Shown here piece by piece: positions 10,729-18,680 of a DNA stretch of 64,000 nucleotides (positions within the stretch are counted from its first letter, which is position 1; each line of letters begins with the position of its first letter). The translations under genes were made by a program, and so were the position numbers. The stretch lies in IMG/VR virus record IMGVR_UViG_3300031992_000012, positions 141,082 through 205,081 of that record; one strand, written 5' to 3'. Origin of the DNA: a virus (lineage: Duplodnaviria; Caudoviricetes). Under the pieces are notes generated by a model. The model worked only from the letters and a program-made list of their open reading frames with translations, searched no databases and was not told the DNA's origin.

Positions 10729-12395
10729 GCGGCGTTCGCCGCGAGGTTGATTGCATGCGCCGTATCGTCCGGATGGGTGCCCATTCGCGTTATAAGTCGT
10801 ATTTCGCCGCAGTTCTGAGTCTTTCTAATGTCCTCGCCGAGGGCAAGGAAGTCGTCAAGAAGGTCGGAGCACGTACTATACTCCGGCAACAGCAGTTGTT
10901 TTGCCTTGATTGCGCCTAAAGACAACGCTAGAGAGCGTGTTTTATCCAGTGTGTAATACCCCGAACGCCCTCCGGACGGCGGCATGAAGCGCAAAGTATC
11001 CTGTCTGGGCGCCCACATGTACACCAAAGGCACCGTTGTGATGCCTGTCCCGGACATTTCCTGTATCAGCATCTCCTCCTTCACCGCTCCGGCGCCCGTT
11101 CCGTCATGCGCTATGATGTCGCATCCGAATTCTCCGGCCAGAGATACCGCTTTTCCTATCTGTTCGGGCGTGGAAACGCCGAGGGGAACCTTATAGATGT
11201 ATAAAACTTCCATCGCTTCCCGCATCGGATGAATGCCAAGGACTGCCATGACAGTGAAAGACTCCCCATCAAGTCCGTATCCACCCCAGTCAACTCCTAG
11301 AATTCGTTGTGCAAAGGACTTTGTTACGCTCAAGGCAGCTTCCATTGTATTAGGACGACCAGTAGTTGCGCTTTCAAGGTCTCCTCGTGTAACAAGACGG
11401 ACGGCTTCATCACAAGGCTCGCCTAGACATTCGTTCTTGAACTGCGCCGATGGGTATTCCGCCATCTTTTTAAGCAGTTCCTGCCATTTGGCCTCCGATG
11501 TGCAATGTAGCGGGTGTGTAACCTGCGATAGATGGAACCCATCAAATGCCGCTCTACGTTCGGGATGCCGGAATGAAAAGTAGCTGTGTCTAACATCCAG
11601 GGGTTTTCCACATTTCGCGCAGACACATGTATGCTTTCCAATCATCCTCTGAAGGTCATATTCCAGCGAACCTATGTTTTCCTTGTGACAGTGTTCACAA
11701 CGAATAGTCACCTCTCCCATCGAGGATTTATTGAAATAATAGGGAAGCGTCCCGTCTGTAAGTTTAGGCGTTCCTGTAAACAGGTATGTACCGCCTTCGC
11801 GAACAGCGGACATTGTTTCCGCAGCGATGTTTATGACATCGACCTCCATGTCATCCGCTTCGTCACACACCATTAATTTCACACTGCTAACTCCGCGAAT
11901 ACGGCCAGCATCTGTGCCGATATACGCAAAATGAACGCGGCTTCCGGAGCAAAACTCACGAATGAGCATGGAGTTATTGCATTTGTTGTTTATGAAGTAG
12001 TTTGCTATGAAAGATTGCGCCACCATGTTTCGGAAGGTGATGTTGGATATGTTCCTGACCTGGGAAAACTGAGGTTCGCATATCATCATGTGGTTGTTAG
12101 GTATAAGCCCGCATCGCAGAATACAACTACTAACCAGCCCTTGTGACTTGCCGACCTGACGCCCTGTCATAAGCACCATGCGCCGTGGCATTCTCAGCCG
12201 GTACAGCGGTTCAAGCTGGAAATGGAACTTAAGGGAATACGGATGCCCCTCGAAGCGGAGAAGCGGCAGGAACGTCGCAAGAGTCGGTTCCTTGTCCCTT
12301 TTGCTGAGGGTTATGAGGTTCTTGACTATTTCCGGTACGCTCGCACCCACCTTTATGCCGGTGTCGCTCTCGCCCGGAACCCACAGGTCTTCCAT
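10653..12395 (-). CDS. terL: terminase large subunit (GpA-like)
   Basis: Walker A GRQVGKS, Walker B LMVCDEAD, TGTP coupling motif, CxxC pairs, nuclease motif GVDWG and C-terminal DD. Confidence 0.85.
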   Translation of the reverse strand: MEDLWVPGESDTGIKVGASVPEIVKNLITLSKRDKEPTLATFLPLLRFEGHPYSLKFHFQLEPLYRLRMPRRMVLMTGRQVGKSQGLVSSCILRCGLIPNNHMMICEPQFSQVRNISNITFRNMVAQSFIANYFINNKCNNSMLIREFCSGSRVHFAYIGTDAGRIRGVSSVKLMVCDEADDMEVDVINIAAETMSAVREGGTYLFTGTPKLTDGTLPYYFNKSSMGEVTIRCEHCHKENIGSLEYDLQRMIGKHTCVCAKCGKPLDVRHSYFSFRHPERRAAFDGFHLSQVTHPLHCTSEAKWQELLKKMAEYPSAQFKNECLGEPCDEAVRLVTRGDLESATTGRPNTMEAALSVTKSFAQRILGVDWGGYGLDGESFTVMAVLGIHPMREAMEVLYIYKVPLGVSTPEQIGKAVSLAGEFGCDIIAHDGTGAGAVKEEMLIQEMSGTGITTVPLVYMWAPRQDTLRFMPPSGGRSGYYTLDKTRSLALSLGAIKAKQLLLPEYSTCSDLLDDFLALGEDIRKTQNCGEIRLITRMGTHPDDTAHAINLAANAAWYINQRRPSLGSLISRYDNRENWK

Positions 12396-12576
12396 GTTGC
12401 CCTTTCCTTGTTATATTAGATAAAAACAGCAATAAAATGCGTAATAATGACTTGCGATTGCAAGTAGTCCCTAAAAGGGCTATTTGTGCTGACATCGCAA
12501 AACCAGAACCGTAAACCCGGTTCTTTTCTTTAGTACGTAAATTACAGCGGGTTCCACAGATGGCAAACCCGCCATA

Positions 12577-13405
12577 GGTTGTCGGGCTTCTTGAAGGCAT
12601 CCTTCAAGGCGGCGCATGCTGTTCACATCTCTGTCTTCTACAGCCGGCTGCGAGCCGGCTTCCGCAGATGGTTAAAGGACAACCGTTGATTTTGTTTAAA
12701 GCCGTAAATGATACCGTCACGGGAATCCCGTGACCGGCGTAGTGTTTCCTGGGGATTTTCATAAGCCCTTCCCCGGGTACCCGCCGTGAACCCCTCCCTT
12801 CGCTCCCGCTTCACGGCGGGTACCCGGGGAAGGGCTTTACTGTAAAGATTTCGGCATTGACTATAATTAAGGCATTGAAGAACGCCGGGGAATCCCCGGC
12901 GGGTGAAAAAGCCGGCCGCCATCAGATTCTCTTATCTGTAGGGACCGGCACTCCACGTTCGCCCGAACTTTATCCGGATTCCATCCGGAACAGTTCGAGG
13001 CTCAGTTACGGCTGGTCCCTACAGAACGCTCAAATGAAGAATGCCTTTTGGTTTAACACGAGTAGTTGGAAAAGCCACGGGCTGCCCGTGGCGCCGAAGA
13101 TGCCAGGTCCTAATGGCGCATCTTCACCCGCAACTCGAGCTGGAGCCGCCTCCTGGGGCAGGAGGCGGAGCCAGCTCGAGTGTCGGCTTACAGATGAGTA
13201 AAGAACTACTTGACGATGTTTGGGATTTGTCGCAGGCATCCTGCGACGCACAGATTGGTCGGTGGGAATTCAGTCCAGGCTCCACCAATCCGGATACCTT
13301 GAGGCAGGCTACGCGGCCAATCGCCTGTCTCCGTCAAGACAGGCACGGCCAGCTCGCCTGCCTCAAGGTATCGCTACTGGTTCCGTGTGTATAAGGAAAC
13401 ATCGT
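12577..13405 (+). ncRNA. array A: five tandem retron msr-msd-like ncRNA units (12577-12684, 12701-12855, 12869-13047, 13059-13212, 13213-13405)
   Basis: Each unit has closing inverted repeats (ggttgtc/gacaacc; gccg(t)aaat/atttcggc; aaggcatt/aatgcctt; cgagtagtt/aactacttg; acgatgttt/aaacatcgt), an 8-bp stem with 3-nt loop, a long hairpin, and AAAG/GAAG/AAGG before the 3' arm. Confidence 0.75.
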
Positions 13406-13422
13406 GTATATTTAATTTCTGC

Positions 13423-13499
13423 GCAGGCATGGCTGAGTGGTCAAAGGCGCCGGACTGCAAATCCGTTAGTCACTGGTTCAAATCCAGTTGCCTGCTCCA
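13423..13499 (+). tRNA. tRNA-Cys(GCA)
   Basis: Acceptor GCAGGCA/TGCCTGC, anticodon loop CT-GCA-AA, GGTTCAAATCC, encoded CCA. Confidence 0.9.
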
Positions 13500-13509
13500 A
13501 GCTCTTTTT

Positions 13510-13601
13510 GGTGGGTCTTCCCCTCGCCGGTCTGTAAAACCGGTGTCCATGAAACAGAGGGGTCAGTTTGACGAGTGGGGCGGAACCACGACCCGCCACC
13601 A
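13510..13601 (+). tRNA. atypical tRNA-Tyr(GTA)-like RNA
   Basis: Acceptor ggtgggtc/gacccgcc + ACCA, anticodon arm ccggt-CTGTAAA-accgg; D arm rearranged and T loop non-canonical. Confidence 0.55.
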
Positions 13602-13608
13602 TCTTTAC

Positions 13609-13681
13609 GGTTTCGTAGCTCAGTCGGTAGAGCAGCGGACTCTTAATCCGTCGGTCCTCGGTTCAAGCCCGAGCGAAGCCA
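13609..13681 (+). tRNA. tRNA-Lys(CTT)
   Basis: Canonical cloverleaf, loop CT-CTT-AA. Confidence 0.9.
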
Positions 13682-13688
13682 TCATATA

Positions 13689-13763
13689 GGCCTTGTAGTA
13701 CAGTGGTCAGTATGCGCGGCTGTCTACCGCGCGACATGGGTTCAAATCCCGTCAAGGTCGCCA
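13689..13763 (+). tRNA. tRNA-Asp(GTC)
   Basis: Canonical cloverleaf, loop CT-GTC-TA, CCA. Confidence 0.9.
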
Positions 13764-13772
13764 GTTTTATTT

Positions 13773-13859
13773 CGGCGAGTAAGCTCAGCGGTCTTATAAG
13801 CCGTGCGTTTATAATCGAGCAGCGGTTGCATGCAGGTCCGACTCCTGCCTCGCCGACCA
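13773..13859 (+). tRNA. atypical tRNA-Ile(TAT)-like RNA
   Basis: Acceptor cggcgag/ctcgccg + ACCA, T arm gcagg-TCCGACT-cctgc, anticodon arm gcggt-CTTATAA-gccgt located inside a split D stem (gctc...gagc). Confidence 0.55.
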
Positions 13860-13869
13860 AAGCTCTAGT

Positions 13870-13945
13870 TCCAGCGTAGCTCAGTTGGTAGAGTAAGTGG
13901 CCGTTAACCACAAGGTCGCAGGTTCAAAACCTGCCGCTGGAGCCA
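13870..13945 (+). tRNA. tRNA-Asn(GTT)
   Basis: Cloverleaf, loop CC-GTT-AA, CCA. Confidence 0.85.
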
Positions 13946-14054
13946 GTTTGTCCCCCGTCCGTGTTTCCCTTTGTTTGACGATTCAAAAAGTAAACGTGCC
14001 TGTTTATCTCTGAATTGGTGGTTGATGTTAGTTCCCGGACGGGGGACTTTTCAA

Positions 14055-14144
14055 GGAAGGATGCCGGAGTTGGTCTAACGGAACGGACTGCTAATCCGTG
14101 GGGATTCAATGCCCGCCTGAGTTCGAATCTCAGTCCTTCCGCCA
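14055..14144 (+). tRNA. tRNA-Ser(GCT)
   Basis: Long variable arm, loop CT-GCT-AA, GCCA end. Confidence 0.9.
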
Positions 14145-14154
14145 TTCGTTTACC

Positions 14155-14226
14155 GCCTTCGTAGCACAGCGGCAGTGCAGGCGCCTTGTAAGCGCCAGGT
14201 CCTCGGTTCAAATCCGAGCGAAGGCT
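14155..14226 (+). tRNA. tRNA-Thr(TGT)
   Basis: Cloverleaf, loop CT-TGT-AA. Confidence 0.9.
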
Positions 14227-14230
14227 TCAT

Positions 14231-14321
14231 GGAGGGATGCAGGAGTGGTTTATCTGGCCGGTCCCGAAAACCGGTGTGCGCCTCAAAACGCCCCTGGGTT
14301 CGAATCCCAGTCCCTCCGCCA
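14231..14321 (+). tRNA. tRNA-Ser(CGA)
   Basis: Long variable arm, loop CC-CGA-AA, GCCA end. Confidence 0.88.
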
Positions 14322-14579
14322 TAGATTTCATCACAAGCAGGAAAGGGTTCTTTTTACCTCTCTTCAATCTCATCTGTTTTTGAACCTCTTGACTGTTTGA
14401 CGATGAAAAAGAAAGCAGGCTTAATGGGAGAGGCGAGCTCCCCTGCGTTCCCGTGGTAACAGCGGGGCAACGTGGTAGTTTAAATTGCGTAAAGAACGCC
14501 TGCGGGCATTTCCGCCGTACGCATAAGGGAGTCCCGTCATACCTCCTCCCGCAGCGCAACCTTCGGCGGCTTTTGCGAC

Positions 14580-14613
14580 GACCCGTCCATCAGAAACGAG
14601 GACGGGTCTTTTT
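14580..14613 (+). terminator. intrinsic terminator after the tRNA cluster
   Basis: gacccgtcc...ggacgggtc stem followed by TTTTT. Confidence 0.65.
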
Positions 14614-14672
14614 GTACGAATGGCTACGACCGGCCTTCGTGATATTCCGATGAACCCACATATGTCCGACGC

Positions 14673-14701
14673 TTGATTGACAGGTCGTCCCGATGTAGAA
14701 T
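14673..14701 (+). promoter_or_regulatory. candidate sigma70-type promoter
   Basis: TTGATT-17 bp-TAGAAT just after the terminator and upstream of two small ORFs and array B. Confidence 0.4.
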
Positions 14702-14746
14702 AAGCTCCACTGAGTCGAAACAGACGTAACAAGGAGCGCAATCAAC

Positions 14747-14896
14747 ATGACAAGGGCAGACGACTATTTGGCGGCGAAAGGACATAGGACACTCCTCCTG
14801 AACGGCGGTGAAACTTCGTATACGAGCGGAAACGTCCGTTCACTCGGAGTAAAGAGGAAGACTGTGAAAGATGGGGTCAAAGGAAGACAGGATTGA
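14747..14896 (+). CDS. 49-aa small protein (not in ORF track)
   Basis: AAGGAG RBS, then MTRADDYLAAKGHRTLLL... Confidence 0.45.
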   Translation: MTRADDYLAAKGHRTLLLNGGETSYTSGNVRSLGVKRKTVKDGVKGRQD

Positions 14897-15008
14897 ATTC
14901 AATGTGCCAGGAGTGGTCGTGCTTCTGGCGCTTGCGCTGTTCTTCCCGGTGGAAACGCTGCTGATGTGTGCGTTGGCCGGGTTGCTGTGGCGCGCGATGG
15001 GCGATTAG
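14871..15008 (+). CDS. 45-aa membrane peptide (not in ORF track)
   Basis: MGSKEDRIEFNVPGVVVLLALALFFPVETLLMCALAGLLWRAMGD; long hydrophobic stretch. Confidence 0.45.
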   Translation: MGSKEDRIEFNVPGVVVLLALALFFPVETLLMCALAGLLWRAMGD

Positions 15009-15023
15009 GAAAGATGTCGCCCT

Positions 15024-16445
15024 CTGGGTTTTGAGGAACACCGGGGATTCCCCGGTGGACGCGCAAAGGCGGTTGGAATTGCAGAAGCCTTACGGACTTC
15101 AGCTTATGAAGAGTACACCCGGAAAGAATATGTCATCCAAGGCTTTGTATGACATCCTTTCCGAGTCCACTCCTCACCGCTGAAGACCGACGGCTTCCCG
15201 TATTAAGAACACCCAGGAAAAACTTCGTGACTGGTATCCTGCTCGATGCTTCCCTATCGGGTTGTGAGCCCTGAAGACGGCAATGGCGCATTTGTGGCCA
15301 TTACCGTGCCCGCGACAGGGGTTTTGTTTGATTTTACCCTGTCCCTGCCTGCCTGTGAGCAGCCATCCATTGAGGGGGCCTGCTCGGTCGCCGCTGGCCG
15401 AAACTCCACAGCTAGTAGAAGGCGGCGATCGTCCCCGAGGCGCGTCATAGGGGAGTATCGCAGGCAAACGCGTCCTTTGATTAATCTGGAGTAAGCTTGA
15501 ACTTCGCCAGGGCAACCCTGGCGTGTCGCACTTGCATGTGACATTCAACGGCTTTTCCAGAAGAACGTATTCGCGTCTCAAGTCGCCGATCGATAGACGA
15601 ACACGCTGCACTCGTTCATCTCTCGATCGGCGACCAACCGTCGCGATACTTACTTCTGGATTAAGCTCTAAAGAAGCCCCTACCCTTTAATACAATGTTT
15701 GGACATGCCATGGCATCCATGGCGGTTCCCGTCGGAACAGTCAATACGGCGAGCGCACTACGGACCTAGTCCGGAAGCTTCACGTTATTTAACACGGAAG
15801 TTAAATAACCTTCCAGCTTCCGGACTCAGTCCACCGTGCTTGCCCATTTCAAAGAAACATTCAAAAGCGTTTTGGACCATGTCCGGGAACTCCGGACGAC
15901 TCGTAAAAGGAGAAAGGAATCTAGTTACCTTGACGCGGCCGTAGCAGCGCGCACAGACCAGCATCCACTTCGGTAGCTGCTAGGTCTGATGTCGCGCTGC
16001 TACGGCCGCGTCCTCGTTTCAACAAAAGGAAAACGCAATCAAATTTCCCGAAGGACATTCGGACACCGGCCGGGAATCCTGGCCGTCTCTGAAAGGGACA
16101 GAGAATAATGGAATCTTAAACCAGGTGCACCCATGCTCCAGCTACGGGATGGCGCCACACGCCGTACGCGTCGTGCCGGCGCCATCCCACGCTTACGCGG
16201 GTACACCGATGGTTTACCATTCCCATAAAAGGAATGTCAACGTCACCATAAAGCATTCGACTAAGGGCGAGGTACCCTCGCCGTGTTCCATTTGGAACAG
16301 GGAATTCACGGGACTCGCGCAGCCCAGCGCTGTGCGTGCCCTATGACGACTAATTCCCTGGCAGAAATATGAATGCCAGGCAATTCGTCAGCCACAGTGC
16401 CCGCACAGCGCTGGGCTGCTCTCGTCACCACAAAGGGAATGCTTT
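15024..16445 (+). ncRNA. array B: six clear retron msr-msd-like ncRNA units (15024-15216, 15495-15677, 15694-15861, 15867-16036, 16054-16238, 16250-16445) plus one atypical structured segment
   Basis: Closing arms ctgggt/acccag, gctt/aagc, aatgttt/aaacatt, gcgtttt/aaaacgc, gacattc/gaatgtc, aaagcattc/gaatgcttt; GGAC/GAAC/GAC after the 5' arm; 7-8-bp stem with 3-nt loop; long hairpin; AAAG/AAGG/TAAG before the 3' arm. Confidence 0.78.
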
Positions 16446-16488
16446 CCGCACGGCCGCCAGAACGGGTTTTCAACCATACAGGTATGAA

Positions 16489-17052
16489 ATGAAGATTCTA
16501 GCAATGGACCCCGCCCTGCGGCACACCGGCATAGTCCTCTTCGAAGACGGAAACCCTGTCTATGCAGACGTCCTCACCACCAAGCCGAACAAGCAGAAGT
16601 GGATGACGGTCGCCGAAAAAGACCAGGGTGACATGTCAGACTGGGCAAGGACGATTCGCCGGATAATCAGGGAGAAGCAACCGGACATCATCTGCTGTGA
16701 GCAGAGTCTGGGTGGTGGCCAGAGCGCGAGCTCCGTCAAGGCTCTCGCTCTGGTCAACGGCGCGATGTATGCGATGTCGACGGAAGACGCGATGCCACCG
16801 TGGATTTTCACGAGAGTGCACGATGCCAAGAAAGCCGTCACGGGGAAGACAACCGCTTCGAAAAACGAAATGATCGAAGGCGCTGTCAAGATGTTCCCCT
16901 CAATTCGCAAACGTCTCGTGTCGGTCAAATCGGCCGACGGATGGACAGGCGACGCAGAGCATATAGCCGATGCGTGCGCGTCCTATCTTGTCTGTGTGAA
17001 CTCCCCCGCAGTCAGAGTATTGCTGAATCCGAAAGGAAGATGCAAAGAATAA
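16489..17052 (+). CDS. ruvC: RuvC-like Holliday junction resolvase
   Basis: MKILAMDPALRHTG, CCEQ, KKAVTGKTTASK, HIADA motifs; start moved to ATG 16489. Confidence 0.85.
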   Translation: MKILAMDPALRHTGIVLFEDGNPVYADVLTTKPNKQKWMTVAEKDQGDMSDWARTIRRIIREKQPDIICCEQSLGGGQSASSVKALALVNGAMYAMSTEDAMPPWIFTRVHDAKKAVTGKTTASKNEMIEGAVKMFPSIRKRLVSVKSADGWTGDAEHIADACASYLVCVNSPAVRVLLNPKGRCKE

Positions 17053-17564
17053 TTGGCTGCACTCATTTTGACGATGAGAACATGGCCTCTATCAGGGGGT
17101 TCGCCTCCGTGTCCGAAATGGACAGCATGATGGAGGCCATGTGGAACTCGGCCGTATCTGAAGATGACTTGATCTACGTGCTTGGCGACTTTGCGGTACG
17201 TAGGCCGGCATACTGGAATGAACGGCTGAAGGGAAGGAAAATCCTGATACTCGGAAACCATGACGGTTTCATGGCGAAGGAGGCGGGATTTATTTCGGTA
17301 CAGGAAACACTGATGGTCAACGTAAGGCTTCAACGCGACACCCAGGCATGCTTCCTGTCGCACTACCCGTTTCTAAGCTGGCCGGAGCGAGGGAACGGAA
17401 GTGTGCATCTGCATGCCCACTGCCACGGAAGACAGCCCGCGTCGCTGCCCGGAATGCCGGGGCCTGCACGTTTGGACATGAGCGCCGAACTGTGGAGGTT
17501 CCAGCCTGTGCCACTCGAACAAGCAATCAACAAAGCAAAAGAAAAGGAAGAAAAACATGGCTAA
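17040..17564 (+). CDS. calcineurin-like metallophosphoesterase
   Basis: THF, LGDFA, GNHD, LSHYP, HLHAHCH motifs. Confidence 0.85.
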   Translation: MQRIIGCTHFDDENMASIRGFASVSEMDSMMEAMWNSAVSEDDLIYVLGDFAVRRPAYWNERLKGRKILILGNHDGFMAKEAGFISVQETLMVNVRLQRDTQACFLSHYPFLSWPERGNGSVHLHAHCHGRQPASLPGMPGPARLDMSAELWRFQPVPLEQAINKAKEKEEKHG

Positions 17565-17796
17565 CAATATCACGATTTGTGTCCGCGTTAACAACGACGA
17601 TGTGTACCTCACCTCCGGCGACGTCCACCACAGCTTCACCGCCGGCGAACTCCGCCGCGCCGCCGCCGCGTACGGCATCTCCATCAACGACGCCAAGCTG
17701 ATTCGCAATGGCCAGACCATCTCCGACGGCGAAATCGTCAACGACGGCGATGTCATCCGCACGCATTTCGGCAAGGGTGAGGACGGCCTCCGCTAA
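17557..17796 (+). CDS. ubiquitin-like (beta-grasp) protein
   Basis: 79 aa; NG...DGD.I pattern and C-terminal KGEDG-LR; next to E2-like, JAB and E1 genes. Confidence 0.65.
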   Translation: MANNITICVRVNNDDVYLTSGDVHHSFTAGELRRAAAAYGISINDAKLIRNGQTISDGEIVNDGDVIRTHFGKGEDGLR

Positions 17797-17820
17797 TCCG
17801 CTGGCCTGACTAATCCCATC

Positions 17821-17860
17821 GGGCCGGTGCAGCAATATCCAAGCTGCACCGGCCCGTTTC
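17821..17860 (+). terminator. strong hairpin / terminator after the Ubl gene
   Basis: 13-bp perfect stem gggccggtgcagc/gctgcaccggccc followed by T-rich sequence. Confidence 0.65.
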
Positions 17861-17891
17861 CTTATTTTTTTATTAGCAATCAGGAGAACCG

Positions 17892-18671
17892 ATGAACAAA
17901 GAGCTGGAACCAGAATTGCTTATCGTGGGGAACACCATTCACAAAGTGAGAAGAACCATTGAAGAATCCGCGTCGTTCGACGACCTGGTTGCGCAGGTTC
18001 GTGTCGAGCGCGGCGACAACCTCACGATGACACCTCCTCTCCCCGCCGCCGACGGCGCCTGCCGAATCTACGCCGAGCGCGGCAAGTATCGCGGGATGCT
18101 CATACAGAACAACCCGTGCGTGCGCAAGATCAATTATCACGACATCACCGACGACAGGCAGCCCGAGAAGACCTTCGAGGTATCTCTGCCATGGGTATGG
18201 GTGATGTGCGTATTCCAGGAAACGAACAAGAACAAGTTCGAGTGGATCAACTGCTACTTGTGCGCGACCTACCAGAACATCGTACAGAACGACCTGTCCG
18301 AGCCTGTCTTCCGCGTCCCTCTCCCGAATCAATGGGGAGCGGGACAGGGAAAGATGTGCACGGGCAGCGCTTTCCGTGGCATGGACACGTCCATGGCCCT
18401 CACGGCTGGACGCTGGATTACCTGTCTCTGGGACTCGACCTTCAACGGCGACCTGGAGCCAAGCGTCCCCTCATCCCTCAGCTCCGCCTGGCGCGCGCCC
18501 CGTGGCGATGTCCATCGAACCGTCCGCATCATGTCCATGCTCCGCAAGTGGGAGGAGATGACCAAGGAGAACAAGGTCTGCTCCCTCAGCCGTGAATTCG
18601 GCCTTCAGGAATACGGATGCAACATCGGCGGATTCATACAGCACGCGTTCTCAGGTCGTGACCACCTGTAA
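17892..18671 (+). CDS. prokaryotic E2-like (family D-type) protein
   Basis: LPW...PLPNQWGAGQGKMCTG...W.S.FN.D pattern with a candidate catalytic Cys; operon context. Confidence 0.6.
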   Translation: MNKELEPELLIVGNTIHKVRRTIEESASFDDLVAQVRVERGDNLTMTPPLPAADGACRIYAERGKYRGMLIQNNPCVRKINYHDITDDRQPEKTFEVSLPWVWVMCVFQETNKNKFEWINCYLCATYQNIVQNDLSEPVFRVPLPNQWGAGQGKMCTGSAFRGMDTSMALTAGRWITCLWDSTFNGDLEPSVPSSLSSAWRAPRGDVHRTVRIMSMLRKWEEMTKENKVCSLSREFGLQEYGCNIGGFIQHAFSGRDHL

Positions 18672-18680
18672 GGAGGAGTC

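Noticed and set aside
12638-16346. ORF-track ORFs of 60-145 aa across the RNA island
   Set aside because: They overlap tRNAs and long hairpins, lack an RBS and have no protein-like motifs
12577-16445. CRISPR array interpretation of the periodic hairpins
   Set aside because: There are no identical direct repeats, the period is 110-195 nt, conservation is structural, and no cas genes are in the window
12577-16445. Series of intrinsic terminators or REP/MITE elements
   Set aside because: The hairpins lack U-tails and shared terminal sequence, and they sit inside a consistent multi-element architecture with closing arms
16369-16488. N-terminal extension of RuvC in the ORF track
   Set aside because: It overlaps the last ncRNA unit; RuvC motifs start at ATG 16489
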